Shown: one piece after another, positions 9,387 through 17,362 of the stretch
How the letters are laid out: each line of letters begins with the position of its first letter
Position numbering within the stretch: position 1 is the stretch's first letter
Origin: Candidatus Uzinura diaspidicola str. ASNER
GTDB taxonomy: Bacteria > Bacteroidota > Bacteroidia > Flavobacteriales > Blattabacteriaceae
Direction of reading: 5' to 3'
Assembly (NCBI GenBank): GCA_000331975.1
Contig: CP003263.1
Coordinates: forward strand, 1 to 32,000
DNA length: 32,000 bases
Translations under genes and position numbers: made by a program
Notes under the pieces: generated by a model
The model's database searches: none
The model's input: only the letters and a program-made list of their open reading frames with translations
What the model was told of the DNA's origin: nothing

Positions 9387-9964
9387 TTTTGTAAATGAAG
9401 CCAGTTATATAACATATATACTCCAGTCGGAGTAAGTATAGATTCTGGATGAAATTGTACGCCTACTACATCATAATATTTATGACGTAAAGCCATAATT
9501 TCTCCTTTGGGCCCCCTAGCTGTAATTTTAAGTTCTAAAGGAAAATTACATTCAGAAACTACCCAAGAATGATACCTACCTACTGTAATATAAGTAGGTA
9601 AGTTATCGAATAACTTTTCTTCACTATCAACAATAGTTATTTTACTAGAGAAACCATGATATACATTTGCAGGGTTGATCAATTTACCTCCAAAAACATC
9701 GGCAATAGCCTGTTCGCCTAGACAAACACCTAGAATACTTTTTATAGCAGCAAAGTATTTAATCAAAGGCTTCAAAATATGGGACTCCGAAGGAGTACAA
9801 GGCCCTGGTGATAAGAGTATTTTTTTATAAGCATATATTTCTTCTAAACTTATAGAAGTATTTCTACGTACATCTATTGTATGAGCGGTAAGGCTCTTTA
9901 TAAGGTGTATAATATTATAAGTAAACGAATCATAATTATCCAATACTAATATTTTTTCCTTCAT
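9383..9964 (-). CDS. trpG: Anthranilate synthase component II (glutamine amidotransferase)
   Basis: 193 aa. Class-I GATase motifs are present: GVCLGEQ (catalytic Cys) and VQFHPES. There are ATGA overlaps with both trpE (9961-9964) and trpD. Confidence 0.9.
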   Translation of the reverse strand: MKEKILVLDNYDSFTYNIIHLIKSLTAHTIDVRRNTSISLEEIYAYKKILLSPGPCTPSESHILKPLIKYFAAIKSILGVCLGEQAIADVFGGKLINPANVYHGFSSKITIVDSEEKLFDNLPTYITVGRYHSWVVSECNFPLELKITARGPKGEIMALRHKYYDVVGVQFHPESILTPTGVYMLYNWLHLQK

Positions 9965-11364
9965 TTGATAAAAGATTTTTCAGCAGCAATAATAGCCTTA
10001 TTCAGTGCTTTTAATTTATTATCTACCTCTTGTAATTCTTTTTCTTCTGTAGAATCTGCAACAACCCCAGCTCCTGCTTGCATAAAAAGTGTATTACCCA
10101 TACTTAAAAAAGTGCGTATAATAATTGCAGTATGTATTCGCCCATCTAAACAAAAAAAACCAATAGAGCCTCCATAGATTCCTCTTGACTGTCTTTCAAA
10201 TTCGTCTAGCAATTCCATTGCTTTATATTTAGGAGCCCCAGCCAAAGTACCTGCTGGAAAAGTTCCAACAAATCCTTTTACTGGAGAATAGTATATTGGT
10301 AATTTTCCAGAAACTTTTGATTCTAAATGAAAAACATGAGAAAAAGATTTAATCTCCTTATATCTTTCTACTTTAACTTCTGAATAATTTCTACTCAAAT
10401 CATTACGTGCTAGATCTACTAGCATAACATGCTCTGAGTTTTCTTTTGTATTTTTTGATAGTTCTTCAGCTAGAATTTTGTTTTTAAGATCATCTACTGT
10501 ACGTAATGCAGTCCCTGCAATAGGATATATATAGGCCATTCTATTTTTTATCGTGAATTGATATTCAGGTGAGGAACCGAATATCTTATAATCTCCATAG
10601 TCAAAATAAAATAAATGAGGAGAAGGGTTTATAGAGCGTAAATTACGATAAACATTAAATTCATCTCCTTGAAATTCCTGTTGATATTGTCTAGAAGGCA
10701 CAATTTGGAAAACATCTCCAAGTTTGCAGGCTCTTATACTCTTTCCTACTGATTTTTTATATCCATTATCAGTAAGATTTGAAGATAACCTTTTTATGGT
10801 TCTAAATGGTAGATTAATGATTTTATGATTCATAATAAGGGAAATTATTTTGAATATAGAATAATTTCCATCTAAACTAAAGATATGTGAGTAAAGATTA
10901 AGTATGTTATTAAAATTATTAAAAATTATTAAGGTTCTAAAGAATGCAAATCGCACTTTCGGTATTTGGTAATTCTTATACGAATGAGATCGTAAACATA
11001 TGTCTTCAAAATAAGGAAGACTATCATAAGAAATATATCCATAATATCCTGAATATTTAAGACATTTATTTTCTGAGTATAACTGTTTCATAAATTTCTC
11101 TAAAATTTCACATCCATTTTTTGTTATCTCTGTTAAACTTATTTTTTCTTCGCAATTATCTGGATAACGATAATAGATATACCCGTTATCCATAATAATT
11201 TCTGCTACTTCATCTATACAAATGATAGAAAAATTCTTTTGTTGTGCATGAAAAGACTCTAATAGAAGTGCCCCAGTAAATAGATTTCTTAATTTTAAAT
11301 ATATTTCTATTGGAGAAATAGTATCAGCAATAAGGGTTTTATTATAACTTTTTAATCTATACAT
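9961..11364 (-). CDS. trpE: Anthranilate synthase component I
   Basis: 467 aa. It has the N-terminal LLES motif (GALLLESFHA..) and chorismate-binding family C-terminal motifs (GGSIGFF.., QAGAGVVADS). It is the first gene of the trp operon, 25 nt downstream of rho. Confidence 0.9.
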   Translation of the reverse strand: MYRLKSYNKTLIADTISPIEIYLKLRNLFTGALLLESFHAQQKNFSIICIDEVAEIIMDNGYIYYRYPDNCEEKISLTEITKNGCEILEKFMKQLYSENKCLKYSGYYGYISYDSLPYFEDICLRSHSYKNYQIPKVRFAFFRTLIIFNNFNNILNLYSHIFSLDGNYSIFKIISLIMNHKIINLPFRTIKRLSSNLTDNGYKKSVGKSIRACKLGDVFQIVPSRQYQQEFQGDEFNVYRNLRSINPSPHLFYFDYGDYKIFGSSPEYQFTIKNRMAYIYPIAGTALRTVDDLKNKILAEELSKNTKENSEHVMLVDLARNDLSRNYSEVKVERYKEIKSFSHVFHLESKVSGKLPIYYSPVKGFVGTFPAGTLAGAPKYKAMELLDEFERQSRGIYGGSIGFFCLDGRIHTAIIIRTFLSMGNTLFMQAGAGVVADSTEEKELQEVDNKLKALNKAIIAAEKSFIK

Positions 11365-11389
11365 AATTTTCTGTAGAAAAAGCTTCCTG

Positions 11390-12541
11390 TTACCTATTCA
11401 TTGAAGCTAAAAATTCTTTATTATTTTTAGTTCTAGTAATTTGATTTTTTAGTAAATACATTGCATCTACCAAATTCATCTCCGATAAATGTTTTCGCAA
11501 TACCCACATTCTTTGTAATGTGGTAGAATCCTGTAATAAGTCATCTCTTCTTGTACTAGATGACACTAAATTTATCGCTGGATAGAGTCTTTTGTTAGCA
11601 ATTTTTCTATCTAGTTGCAGTTCCATATTGCCCGTACCTTTAAATTCCTCAAAAATTACTTCATCCATTTTAGATCCCGTATCTATTATAGCGGTAGCTA
11701 TTACAGAAAGAGATCCTCCACTCTCAATATTTCTTGCTGAACCAAAAAAACGTTTTGGCTTTTGCAATGCTTTAGCATCTATTCCTCCAGATAAAATCTT
11801 ACCTGAAGATGGTGCAATTGTATTATAAGCACGAGCAAGTCGTGTGATAGAATCTAGCAAAATGACAACATCATGACCAAATTCCACCATTCGTTTAGCT
11901 TTTTGTAGAATCATATTAGCTACTTTTACATGTTTTTCAGCAGCCTCATCAAAAGTTGAAGCTACTACCTCCCCGTTTACATTTCTTCGCATATCAGTCA
12001 CTTCTTCAGGTCTTTCGTCGATAAGTAATATGATTAAATAGACTTCAGGGTGGTTTGCTTCTATAGCATTTGCTATTTCTTTCAATAATATCGTTTTTCC
12101 TACTTTTGGTGGAGATACAATCATTCCTCTCTGTCCTTTTCCAATTGGAGAAAAAAGATCAATAATACGTGTAGAAATAGAAGAATTTTTTGCAGCTAGT
12201 TTAAATTTTTCCTCAGGAAATAACGGGGTAAGATTTTCAAAGAAAATACGATTTTTAAGTAAATATGGTGCTCTTCCATTAATTTCTGTTATTTTAATGA
12301 GTGTAAAATATTTTTCTCCATCTTTTGGAGGCCTTATATCTCCTCGTATAGTATCTCCTGTTTTTAAATTGAATAGTATAATTTGTGATTGTGAGACATA
12401 AATATCATTAGGAGACGATAAATAATTGAAATCTGAAGATCTTAAAAAACCATAATTTTCATACATTATTTCTAAAACACCTTCGCTTTTAACAATACTT
12501 TCAAATTCTTTGTTTTTTGTGTTATTTGTCTTAAGTAACAT
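11390..12541 (-). CDS. rho: Transcription termination factor Rho (383 aa, lacking the N-terminal helix-bundle region)
   Basis: It aligns by eye almost residue for residue with E. coli Rho from the OB-fold onwards (GVLEI..GFLRS, DIYVS.SQI, Walker [38 protein letters not shown]). Only about 19 aa precede GVLEI. ATG start at 12541. Confidence 0.92.
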   Translation of the reverse strand: MLLKTNNTKNKEFESIVKSEGVLEIMYENYGFLRSSDFNYLSSPNDIYVSQSQIILFNLKTGDTIRGDIRPPKDGEKYFTLIKITEINGRAPYLLKNRIFFENLTPLFPEEKFKLAAKNSSISTRIIDLFSPIGKGQRGMIVSPPKVGKTILLKEIANAIEANHPEVYLIILLIDERPEEVTDMRRNVNGEVVASTFDEAAEKHVKVANMILQKAKRMVEFGHDVVILLDSITRLARAYNTIAPSSGKILSGGIDAKALQKPKRFFGSARNIESGGSLSVIATAIIDTGSKMDEVIFEEFKGTGNMELQLDRKIANKRLYPAINLVSSSTRRDDLLQDSTTLQRMWVLRKHLSEMNLVDAMYLLKNQITRTKNNKEFLASMNR

Positions 12542-12698
12542 TGAAGACTTTTTTTAGTTGGTAACTACATTTATTTGTTATTCAAAATTTTACTTTTCAA
12601 GCATAGAAATTCTTGGTATAACAAAAGAAAAAAAAATACTATATTTTAGTGATTTGGGAGTTCATATTAAATATTGTAAAATTATTGTTCATAAACAA

Positions 12699-13793
12699 AT
12701 GAAAAAAGGTTTTTTAAATGATAAAATTAGCGAGCTTCGTAAACTATTTACTGAAATTTCAGATTTGATTATTCTACCTGAAATCATAGCAAATAAAGAA
12801 CGCTATGTAACGCTTACTAGGAAATATAAAGAACTAGAGAAAATTGTTAATATCTATAAGAAATATGAAAAAAAAAGGAGTGAGTTATATCAAGTAGAAA
12901 GTATTCTTTCAGATGAAACTGAAAGTTTTGAGATGAAAGAAATAGCAAAAGATGAAAAAATTAAACTTCTATCTCAATTAGAAAACTTAGAAAAGTATAT
13001 TCAATATTTGTTGATACCAAAAGATGATGACGATGATAAAAATGCAATAATGGAATTACGAGCAGGAACTGGAGGAAATGAAGCATGTATTTTTGTTGAA
13101 GATATTTTTAGAATGTATATTATGTATTTCAAAGAAAAAGGTTGGAATTATAAAATTCTAAATATACAAGAATCTTCTATAAAAGGATTCAAAGAAGTTA
13201 TTTTAAATGTAAAAGGAATAAAAGCATATGGAAGTTTAAAGGTTGAGTCAGGAGTACATCGAGTTCAGAGAGTGCCTAAAACAGAATCTCAAGGACGAAT
13301 ACATACATCAGCAGTGACAGTTGTTGTTCTTCCAGAAGTTGACGATATAGAGGTAAATATTAATATCTGTGATATTAAACGAGAGACTTTTAGATCTAGC
13401 GGAGCTGGAGGACAGAACGTAAATAAAGTAGAAACTGCTGTTAGATTAACTCATTTACCAACAGGAGTTGTAGTAGAATGTCAAGAGGAACGGTCTCAGC
13501 ATAAAAATAAAGAAAAAGCACTGCATATATTACGTGCCCGTCTTTACAAGATACAACTTGATCAAAAACTTTATGATCGGTCAAGTGAAAGAAAGACATT
13601 AGTTTCTACTGGAGACCGATCAGTTAAAATACGCACCTATAATTTCCCTCAAGGGAGGGTTACGGACCATAGAATAAATAAATCTATTTATTCTCTGGAA
13701 GAATTTATGAATGGAAGAATTCAAGAGATGATAGATTACCTTAGAATGGCTGATTTTGCAGAGAATCTTAATTCTAATAATAAAAAAAAATAA
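12699..13793 (+). CDS. prfA: Peptide chain release factor 1
   Basis: It has the P-x-T tripeptide context [18 protein letters not shown] and the GGQ motif [11 protein letters not shown]. The ORF track opens at TTG 12558, but that 47-aa extension has no RF1-like sequence. ATG 12699 ([14 protein letters not shown]..) gives a normal length of about 364 aa. Confidence 0.9.
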   Translation: MKKGFLNDKISELRKLFTEISDLIILPEIIANKERYVTLTRKYKELEKIVNIYKKYEKKRSELYQVESILSDETESFEMKEIAKDEKIKLLSQLENLEKYIQYLLIPKDDDDDKNAIMELRAGTGGNEACIFVEDIFRMYIMYFKEKGWNYKILNIQESSIKGFKEVILNVKGIKAYGSLKVESGVHRVQRVPKTESQGRIHTSAVTVVVLPEVDDIEVNINICDIKRETFRSSGAGGQNVNKVETAVRLTHLPTGVVVECQEERSQHKNKEKALHILRARLYKIQLDQKLYDRSSERKTLVSTGDRSVKIRTYNFPQGRVTDHRINKSIYSLEEFMNGRIQEMIDYLRMADFAENLNSNNKKK

Positions 13794-13810
13794 TATCTTT
13801 AGACGTAAAA

Positions 13811-13883
13811 GCCGGCGTAGCTCAGTAGTTAGAGCATTTGACTTGTAATCAGAGGGTCGGGGGTTCGAATCCCTCCATCGGCT
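13811..13883 (+). tRNA. tRNA-Thr (anticodon UGU)
   Basis: Manual cloverleaf: acceptor GCCGGCG/CATCGGC (one C6.A67 mismatch, one G.U), D arm GCTC-AGTAGTTA-GAGC, anticodon arm TTTGA-CTTGTAA-TCAGA, T arm GGGGG-TTCGAAT-CCCTC. No encoded CCA. It is the first member of the conserved Thr-Tyr-Gly-Thr-tuf array. Confidence 0.85.
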
Positions 13884-13892
13884 CATTTTTTT

Positions 13893-13974
13893 GGGGAGAT
13901 ATTCAAGAGGCTAAAGAAAGCAGACTGTAAATCTGATGGGAAAACCTTCGTAGGTTCGACTCCTACTCTCCCCA
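13893..13974 (+). tRNA. tRNA-Tyr (anticodon GUA), long variable arm
   Basis: Acceptor GGGGAGA/TCTCCCC, anticodon loop CTGTAAA, long variable arm (TGGGAAAACCTTC), T arm GTAGG-TTCGACT-CCTAC, discriminator A. Confidence 0.85.
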
Positions 13975-13983
13975 CTATTTAAC

Positions 13984-14057
13984 GCGGGAATAGCTTAGTT
14001 GGTTAGAGCATCAACCTTCCAAGTTGAATGTCGCTGGTTCGAGCCCAGTTTCCCGCT
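13984..14057 (+). tRNA. tRNA-Gly (anticodon UCC)
   Basis: Acceptor GCGGGAA/TTCCCGC, D arm GCTT-AGTTGGTTA-GAGC, anticodon arm TCAAC-CTTCCAA-GTTGA, T arm GCTGG-TTCGAGC-CCAGT, discriminator T at 14057. Confidence 0.88.
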
Positions 14058-14113
14058 CCCATTTCCCGCTTCCATTTCCCGCTTCCATTTCCCGCTTCCA
14101 TTTCCCCCGCTCC
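14049..14113. repeat. 13-bp tandem repeat, about 5 copies (TTTCCCGCTTCCA), seeded by the 3' end of tRNA-Gly
   Basis: Read directly from the sequence. Copy 0 is 14049-14061, tttcccgctccca, which contains the tRNA acceptor 3' strand and discriminator. Three perfect copies of tttcccgcttcca lie at 14062-14074, 14075-14087 and 14088-14100. A degenerate copy, tttcccccgctcc, lies at 14101-14113. Confidence 0.95.
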
Positions 14114-14124
14114 TAAATGTAAAA

Positions 14125-14197
14125 GCCGGTGTAGCTCAGTAGTTAGAGTGATTCCTTGGTAAGGAATAGGTCATGAGTTCAATTCTCATCATTGGCT
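14125..14197 (+). tRNA. tRNA-Thr (anticodon GGU)
   Basis: Acceptor GCCGGTG/CATTGGC (two G.U pairs), D arm GCTC-AGTAGTTA-GAGT, anticodon arm ATTCC-TTGGTAA-GGAAT, T arm ATGAG-TTCAATT-CTCAT. The 5' half is nearly identical to that of tRNA-Thr(UGU). Confidence 0.88.
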
Positions 14198-14210
14198 CTA
14201 ACTTAAATTT

Positions 14211-15398
14211 ATGGCAAAAGAAATATTTAAACGTAATAAGCCTCATTTGAACATTGGAACCATTGGGCATGTAGATCATGGAAAAACAACATTAACGGCT
14301 GCTATTACAAGAGTTCTTGCAGATAAAGGGTTAGCTGAGGCAAAAGATTTTATTGACATTGATAATGCGCCAGAAGAGCGTGCACGTGGAATTACCATTA
14401 ATACTTCACATGTAGAATACCAAACTAATAATCGGCACTATGCTCATGTAGATTGCCCTGGACATGCTGATTACGTAAAAAACATGGTAACTGGAGCAGC
14501 ACAAATGGATGGAGCTATTTTAGTGGTAGCTGCTACTGATGGCCCTATGCCTCAGACCCGAGAACATATTCTTTTGGCTCGTCAAGTAGGTGTTCCTAAA
14601 TTAGTAGTTTTTATGAATAAGGTAGATGCTGTAGATGACCCAGAACTTTTCGAACTAGTAGAAATGGAACTAAGAGAACTGCTTTCCAAATATGATTTTG
14701 ATGGGGAAAACACTCCTATAGTCCAAGGTTCTGCATTAGGGGCTCTTAACGGAGAATCTAAATGGATCGATAAAGTGAATGAGCTAATGGAAGCTGTTGA
14801 CAGTTATATTCCTGAACCTAAACGAGAAATTGATAAACCTTTCTTGATGCCTGTCGAAGATGTATTTACTATTACAGGACGTGGGACTGTTGCTACTGGT
14901 CGTATTGAATCTGGTATTATAAACTCTGGAGATCATGTAGAAATCGTTGGTATGGGTGAAAAAAAACTTACATCAACTGTAACCGGAGTTGAGATGTTTA
15001 GAAAAATTTTAGATCATGGTCAGGCAGGGGATAATGTAGGATTATTGCTTAGAGGTATTGAAAAAACAGACATAAGAAGAGGGATGGTAATTGGCAATCC
15101 AGGGTCTATTAATCCTTATAAAAAATTCAAAGCAGAAGTGTATGTTCTATCTAAAGAAGAAGGAGGCCGTCACACTCCTTTCCATAATAAATATCGTCCT
15201 CAGTTTTATTTAAGAACTACAGATGTCACCGGTGAGATACAGTTGTCAGATGAAATAGAAATGGCAATGCCAGGCGATAATATTTCTGTAATTGTAGAAT
15301 TAATACAAAGAGTAGCTATGGATAAAGGCTTACGCTTTGCTATTCGGGAGGGCGGAAAAACTATAGGGGCAGGTCAAGTTACAGAAATACTTGATTAA
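14211..15398 (+). CDS. tuf: Elongation factor Tu
   Basis: 395 aa, with near-universal EF-Tu sequence ([55 protein letters not shown]-type, NKVD). It is noticeably less AT-rich than its neighbours, as expected for a highly expressed conserved gene. Confidence 0.98.
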   Translation: MAKEIFKRNKPHLNIGTIGHVDHGKTTLTAAITRVLADKGLAEAKDFIDIDNAPEERARGITINTSHVEYQTNNRHYAHVDCPGHADYVKNMVTGAAQMDGAILVVAATDGPMPQTREHILLARQVGVPKLVVFMNKVDAVDDPELFELVEMELRELLSKYDFDGENTPIVQGSALGALNGESKWIDKVNELMEAVDSYIPEPKREIDKPFLMPVEDVFTITGRGTVATGRIESGIINSGDHVEIVGMGEKKLTSTVTGVEMFRKILDHGQAGDNVGLLLRGIEKTDIRRGMVIGNPGSINPYKKFKAEVYVLSKEEGGRHTPFHNKYRPQFYLRTTDVTGEIQLSDEIEMAMPGDNISVIVELIQRVAMDKGLRFAIREGGKTIGAGQVTEILD

Positions 15399-15407
15399 TT
15401 TTTATAT

Positions 15408-15481
15408 ACGGGCGTAGCTCAATTGGTTAGAGCAGTTGTCTCCAAAACAAAAGGTCGCTGGTTCGAATCCAGCCGTCCGTG
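15408..15481 (+). tRNA. tRNA-Trp (anticodon CCA)
   Basis: Acceptor ACGGGCG/CGTCCGT, D arm GCTC-AATTGGTTA-GAGC, anticodon arm GTTGT-CTCCAAA-ACAAA, T arm GCTGG-TTCGAAT-CCAGC, discriminator G. It occupies the conserved position between tuf and secE. Confidence 0.88.
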
Positions 15482-15503
15482 CCTCCTAATTACTACACAA
15501 AGG

Positions 15504-15674
15504 TTGAGTTTCAGATGGGTATATGATGAATTTCCCCATCATATTTTTTGTCCAAAAAGCAGTAAAGTACAATTTACTACAACAGTAGTTTCTACTGTAA
15601 TTGTTTTATTATCTCTAATTTTAGAGAGTATAGATGAGATATTTATCTGTGTATTACAAGGGATTTTTTCTTAG
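15504..15674 (+). CDS. secE: Putative preprotein translocase subunit SecE (about 56 aa, TTG start)
   Basis: It sits in the conserved tRNA-Trp/secE/nusG slot. The frame ending at TAG 15672-15674, 4 nt before the nusG ATG, encodes ..VYDEFPHHIFCPKSSKVQFTTTVVSTVIVLLSLILESIDEIFICVL... This has one C-terminal TM helix and a layout resembling bacterial SecE, judged from my recollection of the family pattern. There is no ATG downstream of the tRNA in this frame, and TTG 15504 is the first plausible start. The start codon is uncertain. Confidence 0.5.
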   Translation: MSFRWVYDEFPHHIFCPKSSKVQFTTTVVSTVIVLLSLILESIDEIFICVLQGIFS

Positions 15675-15678
15675 AACG

Positions 15679-16218
15679 ATGCATAAAAATTGGTACATTA
15701 TTAAGACAATAAGCGGTCATGAAAATAAAGTAAAATATTATCTAGAAACGGAAATTAGGAATTCTTATCAGAAAGATAATATAGGAAATATTATTATTCC
15801 TGTAGAAAAATTTCTACAGATGCGTAATGGAAATAAAATTCTTATAGAAAGAATATACTTTCCTGGCTATATTATAATTGAAGCATTTTTATCCATAGAA
15901 ATTTTACATTCTATAAAAAATATACCAGGGGTAATTCACTTTTTGACGGAAAAAATTAGTGGAAAACCTATCCCAATGAAAAAACAAGATATTACAGATC
16001 TTCTAGTAAAAGTATATGTCTTATCAGAAGCTGAACCTCAATTACGAATTTCTTTTTCTCTTGGAGAGAAGGTTAAGGTAATTGAGGGTCCTTTTAAAGG
16101 TTTTTATGGAACTATAGATACAATTAATGAAGAAAAACAGAGAATGTCTATAACTGTTCTTATTTTTGGAAGAAAAACTCCATTAGATATTAATTTTTCT
16201 CAGGTAGATAAAATATAA
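15679..16218 (+). CDS. nusG: Transcription antitermination factor NusG
   Basis: From ATG 15679 it reads MHKNWYIIKTISGHENKVK.. (NGN domain), with a C-terminal KOW domain (GEKVKVIEGPFKGFYGTIDTINEE). The track start at 15634 adds 15 non-homologous residues that overlap secE. Confidence 0.9.
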   Translation: MHKNWYIIKTISGHENKVKYYLETEIRNSYQKDNIGNIIIPVEKFLQMRNGNKILIERIYFPGYIIIEAFLSIEILHSIKNIPGVIHFLTEKISGKPIPMKKQDITDLLVKVYVLSEAEPQLRISFSLGEKVKVIEGPFKGFYGTIDTINEEKQRMSITVLIFGRKTPLDINFSQVDKI

Positions 16219-16224
16219 TTTTAT

Positions 16225-16653
16225 ATGGAAAAAAAAATTAAAAAGATATTAAGGCTACAAATAAAGGCAGGATCAGCAAATCCTGCTCCACCTATAGGGC
16301 CTGCCTGCGGAGCAGCAGGAATTAAGATTATGGATTTTTGTAACCAATTTAATGCTCTTACAAAGAATAAGACGGGGCAGTTATTGCCAGTTGTTGTTAA
16401 AGTTTACGACGATAAATCATTTTCTTTTCTTATAAAGAATCCAACGGTATCTTATCAATTAATGGAAGCTGCTTCTTTGAAGAAAGGCTCAAAAGAGTCT
16501 AATCGGACTAAAGTAGGTAAAATAAGTTTGAAAAAAGTGATCTGCATTGCAGAAAATAAAATGTCTGATTTTAATTGCTTTAATTTAAAAGCTGCTATTT
16601 CTATGGTTTCCGGAACTGCAAGATCTATTGGTCTAGAGATATTAGGTGAATAA
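16225..16653 (+). CDS. rplK: 50S ribosomal protein L11
   Basis: 142 aa. LQIKAGSANPAPPIGPACGAAGIKIMDFCNQFN is the L11 signature region. Confidence 0.95.
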   Translation: MEKKIKKILRLQIKAGSANPAPPIGPACGAAGIKIMDFCNQFNALTKNKTGQLLPVVVKVYDDKSFSFLIKNPTVSYQLMEAASLKKGSKESNRTKVGKISLKKVICIAENKMSDFNCFNLKAAISMVSGTARSIGLEILGE

Positions 16654-17351
16654 TGAAGAAATTAACTAAAACACAAAAGAAAATATATAAAATTTTTGAT
16701 GGTAATAAGATATATTCTCTTACTGAAGCTACAAAAATTGTAAAAGAAATTTCTTCTTATACTTATTTTAATTCTTCTATAGATATAGCTATTCGTCTTG
16801 GAGTAGATCAAAGAAAAGCTAATCAAATAATTAGGGGGATAGTTAAATTACCTTTTGGTTCAGGTAAAGATTTTCGTGTTTTGGCACTTGTAGAAAGCGA
16901 TAAGCAACTTGAAGCGAAGGAAGCTGGCGCTGATTTTATTGGTTATGAGGAATTTCTTACAAAGATTAACGAAGGATGGACTGAAATAGATATTATTATC
17001 ACAACGCCTACGATGATGCCTAAATTAGGAAGATTGGGTAAAATACTTGGTCCTAAAAAATTAATGCCAAATCCTAAAAGTGGAACTGTTACTATAGAAA
17101 TAGGAAAAGCTATTAAGGAAGTAAAGTTGGGAAAAATAGATTTTCGGGCAGATCGAAATGGTATTGTGCATTCTACTATCGGAAAAGCCTCATTTAAGGC
17201 TTTTCAAATTAAGGAAAATTCTATTGAACTTGTCAATACACTTCATCATATAAAACCTTCTTCAATAAAAGGAATTTATATTAAGAGTATTTTTTTATCA
17301 GGAACAATGACTCCAGGGGTCAGAGTCGATGTAAATAGTATATCGTATTAG
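16653..17351 (+). CDS. rplA: 50S ribosomal protein L1
   Basis: 232 aa with L1-like motifs (IRGIVKLPFGSGK, LGKILGPKKLMPNPKSGTVT). It has a 1-nt overlap (TAATG) with rplK. Confidence 0.95.
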   Translation: MKKLTKTQKKIYKIFDGNKIYSLTEATKIVKEISSYTYFNSSIDIAIRLGVDQRKANQIIRGIVKLPFGSGKDFRVLALVESDKQLEAKEAGADFIGYEEFLTKINEGWTEIDIIITTPTMMPKLGRLGKILGPKKLMPNPKSGTVTIEIGKAIKEVKLGKIDFRADRNGIVHSTIGKASFKAFQIKENSIELVNTLHHIKPSSIKGIYIKSIFLSGTMTPGVRVDVNSISY

Positions 17352-17362
17352 ATATAAATAAT

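Noticed and set aside
12558-12698. The ORF track contains TTG- or ATG-initiated 5' extensions: prfA 12558, infB 1067, DAHPS/CM 4143, nusG 15634, truA 27153, aroE 28061 and rpsU 28327.
   Set aside because: The extensions add residues with no counterpart in the respective protein families. Some would overlap upstream genes or RNAs. In each case an ATG sits where the family N-terminus is expected. infB 1067 is kept as an open alternative in the findings.
13620-13886. An 88-aa minus-strand ORF begins MSRWRDSNPRPSDYKSNALTTELRRL.
   Set aside because: Its N-terminus is simply the reverse-complement translation of tRNA-Thr(UGU), and the rest is antisense to the prfA 3' end. This is a classic tRNA-derived false ORF.
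14049-14113. The tandem repeat could be read as a CRISPR array or as attL/attR of an integrated element at the tRNA-Gly 3' end.
   Set aside because: The units are 13 bp and directly abutting, with no spacers, and there is no leader or cas gene, so this is not a CRISPR array. No DNA lies between the copies and no integrase is nearby, so this is not an island boundary. It is reported instead as a simple tandem duplication.
15423-15503. The N-terminal part of the 83-aa ORF 15423..15674 reads MVRAVVSKTKGRWFESSRPC...
   Set aside because: This part is the translation of tRNA-Trp (GRWFESS corresponds to GGTCGCTGGTTCGAATCC). Only the portion downstream of the tRNA, from TTG 15504, is considered as secE.
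15514-15549. The inverted repeat GATGGG(15514-15519)/CCCATC(15535-15540) followed by ATATTTTTTG could be an intrinsic terminator after tuf/tRNA-Trp.
   Set aside because: The stem is only 6 bp, with a 15-nt loop. It lies inside the best secE reading frame, upstream of genes (secE-nusG-rplKAJL) that need transcription. It is too weak to call a terminator from sequence alone.
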